From: Chiloscyllium plagiosum
Taxonomy: Eukaryota
NCBI RefSeq assembly: GCF_004010195.1
Contig: NC_057749.1
Coordinates: 20,796,394-20,860,393 of the forward strand
Direction: 5' to 3'
DNA length: 64,000 bases
Under the pieces are notes generated by a model that saw only the letters and a program-made list of their open reading frames with translations, did not search any database and was not told where the DNA came from. The position numbers were made by a program, and so were the translations under genes. Each line of letters opens with the position of its first letter. Position 1 is the first letter of the stretch. Shown here in pieces: positions 1 through 11,574 of this stretch.

Positions 1-2020
1 CAGCATTCCCTATACGTACCAGCCTTCCCTTTCACCCTGACAGGAATAAACTTTCTCTGGATTCTCGTTATCTCATTTCTGAAGGCTTCCCATTTTCCAG
101 CCGTCCCTTTACCTGCGATCATCTGCCTCCAATCAGCTTTTGAAAAGTTTTGCCTAATACCGTCAAAATTGGCCTTTCTCCAATTTAGAACTTCAACTTT
201 TAGATCTGGTCTATCCTTTTCCATCACAAATGGAAATGAATTCTATTTAAAACGAATAGAATTATGGTCACTGGCCCCAAAGTGCCCCCCCCACTGACAC
301 CTCAGTCATCTGCCCTGCCTTATTTCCCACGAGTAGGTCAAGTTTTGCTCCTTCTCTAGTGGGTACATCCACATACTGAATCTGAAAATTGTCTTGTACA
401 CACTTAAGAAATTCCTCTCCATCTAAACTTTTAACACTATGGCAGTCCCAGTCTATGTTTGAAAAGTTAAAATCCCCTACCATAACTACCAGATTATTCT
501 TACAGATAGCTGAGATCTCCTTAGAAGTTTGTTTCTCAATTTCCCTCTGACTATTAGGGGGTCTATAATACAATCCCAGTAAGGTTATCACCCCTTTCTT
601 ATTTCTCAGTTCCATCCAAATAACTTCCCTGGATGTATTTCCAGGAATATTCTCCCTCAGCACAGCTGTAATGCTCTCCCTTATCAAAAATGCCTCTCCC
701 CCTCCTCTCTTGGCTCCCTTTCTTCCTGTAGCATTTGTATCCTGGAACATTAAGCTGCCAGTCCTGCCCATCCCTGAGCCATGTTTCTGTAATTGCTATG
801 ATATCCCAGTCCCATGTTCCTAACCATGCCCTGAGTTCATCTGCCTTCCCTGTTAGGCCCCTTGCATTGAAATAAATGCAGTTTAATTTATTTGTCCTAC
901 CTTGTCCCTGCCTGCCCTGAGTGTTTGACTCATTTCTCTTCTCAACTGTACCCGTCTCAGATCGATCTCTTTCCTTACTATCTCCCTTGGTCCCACCCCC
1001 CCCACCTTACTAGTTTAAATCCTCCCGAGCATTTTGAGCAAATTTCCCTGCCAGTATATTCGTTCCCATCCAATTTAGGTGCAATCTGTCCTTCTTGTAC
1101 AGGTCACTTCTACCCCAAAAGAGATTCAATGATCCAGAAATGTGAACTCTTCTCTCCTGCAGCCTTGATCCTGGCACCAGGGAGGCAACACATCATTCTG
1201 CTTTTTCTCTGCTGGCCACAGAAATGTCTGTCTGTTCCTCGGACGACAGAATCTCCTAACACAATTGACCTCTTGGAAGCCGACGTACCCCTCGTTGCAT
1301 TAGAGCCAGTCTCAAAACCAGAAACTTGGCTGTTCGTACTATGTTCCCTTGAGAATCCATCACCCGCTACATTGTACAAAACAGCATACCTGTTTGAAAC
1401 GGGTATATCCACAAAAGACTCCTGCCCTAGGTGCCAACCTCTCTTACCCTTCCTGGAGTTAACCCATCTATGTGACTGTATCTGAGACTTTCCCCCCTTC
1501 CTATAACTGCCATCCGTCACATACTGTTGCTGTTGCAAGTTCCTCATCGCTTCTAACTGGCTCTCCAACTGATCCATTTGATCTGATAAGATTCGTGTCC
1601 AACAGCATTTATGGCAGATATAATCCGCAGTAACCCTTAAACTCTCTTTAAACTCCCACATCTGACAAGAAGTACATCTCACTGCAAAGGCCATTTTTGT
1701 TCCGTCACAATCCACAGACCCAGAAAATAACACCGTCTTATTCGTCTACAAAACACTGCACCAGGTCAAATTAATAGTTATGGCTTATATTTTAAGTTTA
1801 ATCAAGAGACTTATCTCCAAAAAACATATAATCGAGAAGTAACCCATTGTACTCACTACTGCAACCTTACTATTGGACAGACTGAAAACAACGATTAACT
1901 TATCTGATTCTGCGTTGTGAACTTCGCCAAACAGGTTCCTCCAAGATTAGTTGTGAAATTCACTGTTTGTTAATTTTCCCAGATGCACTCTGATGTCCAA
2001 CGATACATGAATTCAAAATC
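1..2020 (-). mobile_element. CR1-clade (HER1-like) LINE, 5' part: 5'UTR, ORF1 (Zn finger + SGNH esterase) and ORF2 AP endonuclease; decayed, runs off window start
   Basis: ORF 1110-1733 has CxxC..CxxC (CTSCQMWE..ICHKCC) and SIVLGDSVVRGTD esterase motif; ORF 268-771 has GLYYRPPNS, VVMVGDFNFSNIDW, PTREGAKLDL endonuclease motifs. Confidence 0.93.
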
Positions 2021-4334
2021 TACACGTTTATCCTACCTGAATAGCCATTGGAATGTTTCAGGTAATCGTTTCTTTCTCCTGCTATAATTCTGCGACTCAA
2101 TAATATATTGTCATTCTCGCACTGAATGTTACGGCACAAAATGAAGCCATTCAGCCCAGAGTTTATACTGTCTTCCTTACATGAGCACTACATTCACCCG
2201 ACATTCATCCATTAACTTTCTCTTTACAATATTTCACTAATGAAAGCCACTATTCAATCTGTGACCACAAGCTGTGCATGCCCAATCCTAACCAGCTGTT
2301 GCATTAAAAAATAATTCTTCTTTCTTTGTGGTGTTATTGTTTTAGGTGCTAAATTTGTAGATTGCTCCTGGTTCAGGTTGTCATCACATGACAGTCACTT
2401 TGTTGCAGCACCCTGAACCAATGTGCCTAAAGTTCACTCTGTAATGGGTGCATTAGTTTTAGTAGTAAAGAAGCCCACAGGAAAAAAGAAACATGTTCCT
2501 CATTCCTGCTGCACATAGATAACACAGAATCAATACATGACGAGTAGATGTGATTGTCTATTTAGAAAAAGCTTGCAGACCAAGGTAAGAAGCAACTAAC
2601 AAAATACAACAGCTTTCTAGAAGTTCACACATAACACAAAGCCAAAGACGATAACGTTTTACCAAAAACAAAAAACCTCTGAGTTGGTTAGGTTTCTGCA
2701 GGCAACTAGTTGAGTCAGAACTGTGTTATTTGAAGTTTTTAAGGGCAGTTAGGTATCATCTCTGCAGAACAAAGAAAACTTATGTACAAGTTCACACATA
2801 AGAAATACAGAGCAATTGGAAACAGTATGGAGTGAACAGTATAAATTTTACATGAAAAATAGAAAACTCTCTCCAAATGCTAATGACACATAGCTAGACA
2901 AAAACCACAGCAAAAAACAGATTACCTGTACACAGCAAATACTGCAACTGCTTATTTAACCTCTTACAAAAGGAAATCAGAAAGCTAGTTATCAAATCCC
3001 CCAGCAGGAACTGCAAGACCAGTTGTCCTGTGCTCGTTCAAACTTTCTAAACAACAAATGCAGCTATGTTTATAGTCTAAGAAATTGGAAACCAGATTAG
3101 CACGACTTGGAAATGCTGATCGCCGTTAGAAACAAACATTTACACAGAATAAATACTTCTGACTTATCCGAAGAGGGCTATAAAGATCCCATAATGTTTT
3201 ATAGAAGATCAGCTTTGTGTAAGAATAAAGTGTAGAATTCGTAGCCTAGAATCTGTCATACAGGCAACAGCCATAGGGATCAATAGACCAGTTTGTCAGT
3301 AGATATCATAGTTAATAATAACAAAAGTGATTTTTCAGAGACTGTTTGGTTGGATAATAGAATTAGTGATTGCTTCAGCACCTATTAAAGCATTCCAAAA
3401 AAGCCTCTTAAAAATGGCACAGCATTAGTACCATGTTAGAAGATGGTAAAACCACTGTAGCTGGACTACAGCGCCTGCAAATATGACATGCAGCCAACAG
3501 TATTGGCACTCTAGCCAGGATGTAAAATCTAAGCAAGCTGTGCGACAAGTATGATCTGTCACATTCACAGTGAAGCCGTCTTGCACTACAAGATCTGTGC
3601 AGGATATGCAGTATAAAGGACCTTGGGCTCACCTGTGCAAAAATTCTGGTTGCAAAGAAGCAGCCAGGAACTACAACAGGGCACAACCAAGCAAAAGATA
3701 TGTGCAGAAGAATGATAACAACAGCAGCAAGTAGTGCAGTAGAGATCATTCACATAAATTGATGCACAAAGTTCAAAGCAAGGAAGACCCAAGTGAAGGT
3801 TCACAGTTAAACAACTTACATCAGAAGCTGGAAAGATTTTCCACATTGTGAATGTAACAATCGTCTGAATGAAGTTAGGCAATTAGAATCTGTTGTCATA
3901 GAGAAAATCATTTGCCCAAGGAAAGCTGGTAAAAAGATGCTTAAACCATGATTGACAAATGAACTTGTGCAAATATTTCACCAGTCCAAATTCTGAGGGG
4001 ATGGACCTGTAACGTTGGAATTCAATGGTATCACTAAAATCTGCGAAATTACTTGCAAACAATGGGTCACCCATCCCTTCCATTGATTCATTGCTGTAGT
4101 TGAAATGTGTTGTCAATTGGACATGGAAATCACAAATATTTTATCTTATAGATACTAGCAGACCAGCAGTAGCAGGATTATCAGTATGTATGGATCTTGA
4201 CACTGACTATCCATAAGGTTACCAAGATACTCATGACAGTAGGAGAAATCAATAATACTCTCATTGGGTCAATTCAAAATTTACAAACATTTTACCCAGT
4301 AAGGTTCATTGTTTTAGTAATTGTCAGATTTTAA

Positions 4335-4670
4335 TTTGTTCATGGGGTGTGGTTATGGTTATGTTGTCGCTGGCTAGGCAAGCATTTATTGCTTGTTGAT
4401 CATCCTAATTAAGAGTCAACTCCATGGCCGTGGGAGTGGAGTCATATGCAGGCTAGACAAGGTAAGGATGGCACATTTCTTTCCCTAAATAACATTAATG
4501 AGCCAGGTGGGTTTTTATGATAATCAACAGTGGTTAGATGGTCACGATTAGCTTATCTCTTGATTCCAGGTTTCATTCAAATTAAATTTGACTATCTGCC
4601 GGATTTGAATCTGTGGTCCCAAAACATTTGACTGTGGTTCTAGAATACTAGTCCATTAACACTACCTTCC
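4335..4670 (-). mobile_element. tRNA-derived SINE whose 3' tail matches the LINE tail at 18380-18460
   Basis: B-box-like GATTCAAATCC on minus strand; tail ..gcaataaatgcttgcctagccagcgac..; related copies at 16680-16880 and 27235-27630. Confidence 0.7.
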
Positions 4671-4981
4671 CTTGCACCTCAGGGAAAATGTAATTTTATC
4701 AGTCAATGCTCTGAAAGTACCCATTATATACACCATCACTTAGACATCTCAGATATGCAGAACAAGTTACCAAACCCAGACAAAGATGCAGAAGTTCAAC
4801 TGGATTCATAAGTAAAAAGCATGGACATGAAGGTGGAAGATGTACTCAATGTTTGTCACTTCAGTCAATGTAACTGTGATCAACTTTGATCAGAAACAGC
4901 TAATGACTAAAGACTGAAGACACTGTAGAAAATAATTGGATAGCTGAGGGCCCTTGTGGGGTGCAGGAATAGTTACCTGTC

Positions 4982-5208
4982 TTTGGGCCAGGAGATGGAA
5001 ATGTGTTGCTGGAAAAGCGCAGCAGGTCAGGCAGCATCTAGGGAACAGGAGAATCTACGTTTCGGGCATTAGCCCTTCTTCAGGAAACGTCGATTCTCCT
5101 GTTCCCTAGATGCTGCCTGACCTGCTGCGCTTTTCCAGCAACATATTTCCATCTCTGATCTCCAGCATCTGCAGACCTCACTTTCTCCTCAAAGATTTGG
5201 GCCAGGAG
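4982..5208. mobile_element. Penelope-like pLTR-only hairpin insertion with 13-bp TSD
   Basis: Inverted copies of gatgctgcctgacctgctgcgcttttccagc; tttgggccaggag duplicated at 4982-4994 and 5196-5208. Confidence 0.9.
5051..5086 (-). ncRNA. Minimal hammerhead ribozyme motif (Penelope pLTR)
   Basis: Minus strand TTC-CTGAAGA-A-GGGC-TAAT-GCCC-GAAA-CGTA: CUGANGA and GAAA cores flanking a 4-bp helix II. Confidence 0.75.
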
Positions 5209-6799
5209 GCCTTGAATAAAGTTCCACATGCACCAGGGATGTTTAATACCAATTCTGTGCACGTTGATTAGAAGATAACTAGGAGGATGTCTGACTGGAG
5301 GGATCTTGAGGCGCAATACTAGTGAATTCAGAAGGTCTGGGTTTAAGTCCCACCTACTTCAATGGTGTGGCATAAAATGTCTGAATAGATTGATCAAAAT
5401 ATCTAACAGCATGTTTGGATATGATTAAAAAAGATGCTAGGCACACTCAGATGTTTTCACTCTTACAGAGATGAGCTCAGTATCTTGAGAAGTGTGATTT
5501 TTTTCTAAGAAAACAAGTGCTTGAAACTCTGCTAGAACATTGTCACATCAACACCAAAGACAGACATTGAATACATCTTCCACCTTCATGTTCATGCTTT
5601 TTACTTATGAATCCAGTTGAACTTCTGCATCTTTGGGTTTGGTAACTTGTTCTGCATATCTGAGATGTCTAAATGGTGGTGTACTAAATGGGTACATTCA
5701 GAGCATTGACTGATAAAATTACATTTTCCCTGAGGTGCAAGGGAAGGTAGTGTTAATGGACTAGTATTCTAGAACCACAGTCAAATGTTTTGGGACCACA
5801 GATTCAAATCCGGCAGACGAGACAGCTGGCATCTGATACGATCCAGTAGTCAAAGATAAGCAATGACGTTGAAAAGCTACTTAAGATGTGCAAAGCACGA
5901 CAGAGCTACCAGCCACATAAATATGAAGAACCTCTATACCCGAAGAGGATTCCTCAAGTTTCTTGGTTCAAACCTGTCATTGATCTAGGTACTGTAAATT
6001 ATTCTTTTACCTTTATCTCTAACTTATTGCAAATTTCTGATTGTCAGACAGGTGAAGACCTCTTCAAGCGCATTTCATGGCAGACACATAAAGTGCCATA
6101 TTCAGTCTGTTTAGTGCACTTGAATAAATAATTTCAAACAGTGGGCTCCAGTATATGGGGCAGAGCTTCCAGGCCAAATGGGGTGTGAATCAGGGGGCAT
6201 CCTCACCACATTACCCAGATCAAATAGTCTGGATAAGCAAATGGTTTGTACTGTTAAATAATTAATCCTGAAATATATTGTGACAAAACAAGTTTTTTTT
6301 TGTTGTTATGTTTATACTTCTGAGCCGCACCTCTGTGTAAGGTTACCATCGCCAACAAAGATCAAGACAAATGAGATAATCTTGCCAAGCCACCACATCC
6401 AAATTCCTATAGATGCAGCATAGACTTCTTCACAATGAGAGATGAAGAAGATGGTGAATGATCAGCTTGCAAGTGCAAAATTATCAAAATTAGGACAAGA
6501 GGTTAGAGTCATACACCCTGCATAGCAACCTTGGAGTTACAAAATCACAACCAATAGAGAAATGTTGAGGAACAGAAGCAAACTAAGGCAAGTTTTTAAT
6601 ACACCAATTAGACATTGAAGAACACACTTGTATAATGGGAGTATAACATAATACCTAATCAACAATCAACACAGAATGCACCTGCAAATCAAGAGCAGCC
6701 AAGGCTGAATCTACATCTCCAGAAGGGTATACCGTAACAAGTTCTGAAACAGTTGTTAAGCCACTGAAGTGATATGTGGACTATTACACTTCTGTGTTC

Positions 6800-9460
6800 A
6801 GACAGAGTCATAGAGATGTACAACACAAAAACAGCCCCTTCGGTCCAACCAGATATTCTAACTTAATCTCATCCCATTTGCCAGCACTTGGCCCATATTC
6901 CTCTAAACCCTTCCTATTCATAAACCCATTCAAATGCTTTTTAAATGCTGCAATTGTACCAGCCTCCACTACTTCCTCTGACAGCAATCCATGTGGAAGT
7001 CAGTACTGCAGAGGCTGAAGATTAGAGTCAAGATTAGAGTGGTGTTGGAAAAGCACAACAGGTCAGGCAGCATCCGAGGAGCAGGAAAATCGACATTTCC
7101 AGCAAAAGCCCTTCATCAATAATGAGGCTGGGAGTCTCAGAGGTGGAGATACAAATGGGAGGGGGTTGGGACCTGGAAGAAGGTAGCTGAGAGTGCAGTA
7201 GGTAGATGGAGGTGGGAGTAAAGGTGGTAGGTCAGAGAGGAGGGTGGAGTGGATAGGTGGGAAGGAAGATTGACAGCTGGGACAAGTCATGAGGATGGTG
7301 CTGAGCTGGAAGGTTGAAACTGGGATAAAGTGGGGGGAGGAGAAATCATGAAACTGGTGAAGTCCACATTGATGCCATGGGGTTGAAGGTTCCTGAGGCG
7401 GAAATGAGGCATTCTTCCTCCAGGCGTTGTGTGGTGAGGGAGTGGCAATGGAGGAGGCCCAGGACCTGCATGTCCTTGGCAGAGTAGGAGGGGGAGTTGA
7501 AATGTTCAGCCACGGGACAGTGGGGTTGATTGGTGTGGGCGTCCTGGAGTTGTTCTCTAAAATGCTCTGTGAGAAGGCATCCAGTCTCCTCAGTGTAGAG
7601 GAGACCGCGTCGGGAGCAACAGATACAATAAATGACATGTATGGAAGTGCAGGTTAAACTTTGATGGATGAGGAAGGCCCCTTTGGGGCCTTGAATGGAG
7701 GTGAGGGGGGAGGTGTGGCAACAGGTTTTGCAATTCCTGAGGTGGCCGGGGAAGGTTCACTTGGAAGAGTGGGGCTGAGGGTGGAGGTGCGTTGGAGGGC
7801 ATTGTCAACCATGTGGGAGGGGAAATTGCATTCTTTAAAGAAGGAGGCCATCTGGTGTGTTCTATGGTGGAACTGGTCCTCCTGGGAACAGATAAGGTGG
7901 AGGAATTGGGAATATGGGATAGCATTTTTGCAGGAGATAGAATGGGAGGAGGTGTAATCCAGGTAGCTGTGGGAGTCCGTGGGTTTGTAGAAAATGTCAG
8001 TGTTGAGTCGGTCATCATTGATGGAGATGGAGAGGTCCAGGAAGGAGAAGAACGTGTCAGATGGTCCAGGTGAATTTAAGGTCGGGGTGGAATGTGTTGG
8101 TGAAGTTGATGAACTGTTCCATCTCCTCGTGGGAACAGGAGGTAGTGCCAATGCAGTCATCAATGTAGCGGAGGAAAAGGTGGGGAGTGGTGCCAGTGTT
8201 ACTCGGGAAGATGGACTGTTCTATGTAGCCGACAAAAAGATAAGCATAGTTGGGGTTCACGCGGATGCTCACCTTTCATTTGGAGGATGGGGGAGGATTC
8301 GAAGGAGAAATCTTTGAGGGTGAGGACCAGTTCAGCCAAACAAATAAGAGTGTCAGTGGAAGGGTACTGGTGGGGATGTCGGGAGAGGAAGAAACAGAGG
8401 GCTTGGAGGCCCTGTCATGGTGAATGGAAATGTAGAGGGACTGGATGTCCATAGTGAAGATTTGACATTGGGGGCCAGGAAAACAGAAGTCTTGGAGGAG
8501 GTGGAGGGCATGGGTGGTGTCCTGAACGTATGTGGGGAGTTCCTGGACCAGGGGGAATAAGACAATATCGAGATAGGTGGAGATGAATTTGGTGGGGCAG
8601 GAGCAGGTTGAGATGATGGGCCGGCAGAGGGAGTGGAGTGCTGCGCGTTGTGAGGGGGAAAGGTTGGATTGGGGGAGGAGGGTAGACAGGTTGAGGTGGT
8701 TAATGCCTCGGTGGCAGTTGGAAATAAAGAGGTCGAGGGCAGGTAACACTGGCACGGAGTGTCCAGGTGGATGGGCTTGTTGGAGGCAGGCGAAGGAGTC
8801 CTTGTAGAGTGGGCAGGAGTCTTGATGATGAAAGTAGGCTCAGTGATTGTCCTCAGTGAGGGGGAGGTCTGGGGCGATAGTGAAAACACGGCAAAGCTGG
8901 GAGCTAGGACCTGGTATTGGGCGGGAGTTGGGAGTGGGGGTGGAGACTGTAACTGAAGTGAGCATGGTAGAGGGAATGGGAGTGACGTCATTTGTGGAAG
9001 TAATGCTCACACTGGGTTCTGTGGGGGCGGGGATGGTGGCAGTGAGGGGGCGTGTCAGCAGTGTGTAGGTGAGTGGCGTCAGTTGGGGGCGGAACTGGTA
9101 GCGAAGACGGCAGTTGCAGGGGCGGAAGTGGCGGATAAACCTCCATGAGGTTATAGCTCAGCCTCCGATGCTCCAGGGAAAACAGCCCCAGCCTATTCAG
9201 CCTTTCCCTATAGCTGAGCCCATCGAACCCTGGCAACATCCTTGTAAATCTTTTTTGAACCCTTTCAAGTTTCATAACATCGCTCCAATAGAAAGGAGAC
9301 CAGAATTGCATGCAATATTCCATAAGTGGCCTAACCAATGTCTTCTACAGCCACTATATGACCACGCAACTCCTGGTACTCAATACTCTGACCAATAAGG
9401 GAAAGCATATAAATGCCTTCCTCATATCCTATCTACATGCGACTCTACTTTCAAGGAACA
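6800..9460 (-). mobile_element. CR1 LINE 3' fragment (6800-6985 and 9137-9460) split by a Penelope insertion
   Basis: ORF 8988-9338 LERVQKRFTRMLPG..SYRERLNRLGLFSLE; CR1 3'UTR ..gaccgaaggg..ctatgactct at ~6805-6850. Confidence 0.9.
6986..9136 (-). mobile_element. Penelope-like retroelement, decayed RT + GIY-YIG + pLTR
   Basis: CSCPTKFISTYLD, IFTMDIQSLY, FLRYIDDCIG, FLDLSIS..YKPTDSHSYLDYTSSH..CKNAIPYSQFL spread over frameshifted ORFs; pLTR with degenerate hammerhead ~7087-7120. Confidence 0.93.
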
Positions 9461-9679
9461 GTGTATTTTATTATATTTGTAAGTTTTGCAATCCTTCTCC
9501 TATAAGTAATTGTGCTATCCCCAATGTTTATATGTTATCATCCTTAGCATACAAGATTTATCTTTCAAACACAACAGGCGTTGTATTGTTGCTTTAAGAA
9601 TGGTGTTGATTTAAAAGCTTGATATGCAGTTAGGCAAAGGGCCAGGATGTCATTGTGTGACTAGAGGCCACAGTCACTG

Positions 9680-9930
9680 CATTACTGCACCTTGACTAAG
9701 GATAACCCACATAGCTTGCACATCCTGGATACAATAGGTAATTTCCCATGGCCACTCCACCTAATGTGCACATCTTTAGGACTAGGGAGGAAACTGCAGC
9801 ATCTGGAGAAAACCCACACAGACACTGAGAATGTGCAAACTTCACACAGACAGTTATATGAGACTGAATCAAACGCAGGTCCTTGGCACTGTGAGGCAGC
9901 AATGCTAACCACTGAACCATGGTACCACCG
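9680..9930 (-). mobile_element. HE1/V-SINE-type tRNA SINE
   Basis: Reverse complement of tcagtggttagcattgctgcctcacag..tgtgtgaagtttgcacattctc (V domain). Confidence 0.88.
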
Positions 9931-10344
9931 TGTATCGTAAGGAATTGGCTATCTCTAGTTCTTTTGGTAATGTCTTCAAATCAGCATTCCATTTTAAAAT
10001 GTATAAATAGATTGTCTGTTACGCCAGATTACATAAATCTTGACTCCTCCTTAATTGCTGTTCCCATGTGATTATTGGTGAGGGAAAATTCTGTTTTGGA
10101 AAAGAAGTATAATTGTTAATATTCATGAAAACATTACTTCTTTTGAAAGATTGGCAAGCTCTCTGAGTAGAACTTATTTTCAATAGACTGTAAGGGTAAG
10201 CTTCCTAACTATTTTGATATCACTCATGGAGTCCTGCAAGCTTAACCTTCTTGAATTTTCATTTGAGACAGAGATATCCTTAATTAAAATTTGAACCGCA
10301 TGAAGATATACAACCATCGCTGGAAGGGAATAAAATTCATTCAT

Positions 10345-11305
10345 CGTGGCTCAGTGGTTAGCACTTCTGCCTCACAGCACCAGAGACTCAGATTTGATTT
10401 TACCCTCACCCACAACATCCCATCCCATTTCATCATGGCATTCCCCCCTCCCCACCTAGCCTGCTCCTGCCCTGAATCCCTGACGTACCGTTAGCTGCTC
10501 TTGTACTCCTGGAACTTAGACCCTGGGAATGATTTGCAGTCCCTGCTCTGTCCAGTACAACCACTGGTGCAGAAGTCGCATTGCCTTGCAATGACCACTC
10601 CTTGCTGCATGAAATGACTGTCTTGTAGCCAGAGCGATGGTGTTACATTTGTAACTGACTCTGCAGGTGGCAAGAGAGAAACCACCATACTCCATATCCC
10701 CACCCAAACAACCTTAATTTGTGGCCTCAGTGTCTGTGCTTCCCTCTATATCTCTCTCCCTTTGTCTCTTCCTTTTCGGTTTCTCTTCCTAGTTCTCATT
10801 GATGTCTCTCTCTTGTGCTGTCTGTCTTTGACTCCAGGTCTATTTGTTGCTGTCGCCATCTCTCACTCCCTCCATCCTTTCCCTTTCTCTGCCTGACTTA
10901 CTGCCTTTTATTCTTTCACTATCCCTGTCTCTGTTCCTCTGAATCCTTGAACAGGAAGGGTTTTGAGGGATATGGCTGGGTGCTGGTAGGTGAGACTAAA
11001 TTGGAATGGGATATCTGGTCGGTATGGACGAGTTGGACCGAAGGGTCTGTTTCTGTGCTGGACATCTCTGTGACTCTGTGACTGTGTGGAGTTTGCACAT
11101 TCTCCCTGTGTTTGTGTGGGTTTCCTCCAAGTGCTCTAGTTTCTTCCCTCAGTCCAAAGATGTGCAGCTTAAGTGGATTGGTCATTTGAAATGAAGGACT
11201 ACAGTGATAGGTAAAGAGGTGGGTCTGTGTGGGATGCTCTTGAGAGGGTCAGTGTAAAACTTGATGAGCTGAATGGCCTGCTTCCACACTGTAGGGATTC
11301 TACAA
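10345..11305 (+). mobile_element. HE1-type SINE pieces (head 10345-10400, body 11080-11305) with a CR1 3'UTR (10945-11078) between them
   Basis: gtggctcagtggttagcacttctgcctcacagc head; tgtgtggagtttgcacattctcc V domain; CR1 tail gttggaccgaagggtctgtttc. Confidence 0.75.
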
Positions 11306-11574
11306 AATCTTAATCTAATGATTCACATTAATCTTCCAAATTATTTTAACAAACTATTTAAATCCTACATATAATGTAAGCAAAGACTGATTTGACCTCA
11401 TCACTGGTAACATCTTTCTTTAAGAGCACTGTTACAATGCTAATAATATAAGTAACAACAAAATTCATATTCATTAAAACAAACAGGGAACCATTTAATT
11501 TTTCAACAACCTCAATATCAGGAAAGAGCAAAAAAGGTATTTTTCCAATAGAAATTTGAAAAAAAAAACTGCAT

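Larger units (their letters stand above)
4595..5817. repeat. Long inverted repeat, arms 4595-4857 and 5559-5817
   Basis: Direct reverse-complement match; outer ~120 bp identical, scattered mismatches and a 4-bp indel further in. Confidence 0.95.
3000..6760 (+). mobile_element. Highly decayed Ty3/Gypsy internal region (gag, protease-adjacent, RH-INT linker, integrase), interrupted by SINEs, a Penelope hairpin and an inverted copy
   Basis: Manual translation: RQQP*GSIDQFVSR..IELVIAS (~3260-3380); YLIDTSRPAVAGLSVC (~4143); SYRDELSIL (~5460); SNDVEKLLKMCKARQSYQPHKYEEPLYPKRIPQVSWFKPVID (5860-5985); GLQYMGQSFQAKWG..SSPHYP (6140-6220). Confidence 0.75.

Noticed and set aside
892..1485. 197-aa plus-strand ORF
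   Set aside because: Antisense shadow of CR1 ORF1.
7063..8991. Many Pro/Ser-rich overlapping ORFs
   Set aside because: Alternative frames of a frameshifted, C-rich Penelope ORF.
10150..10195. Exon-like ag|..|gtaagc segment
   Set aside because: Stop codons in all three frames; no support as a coding exon.
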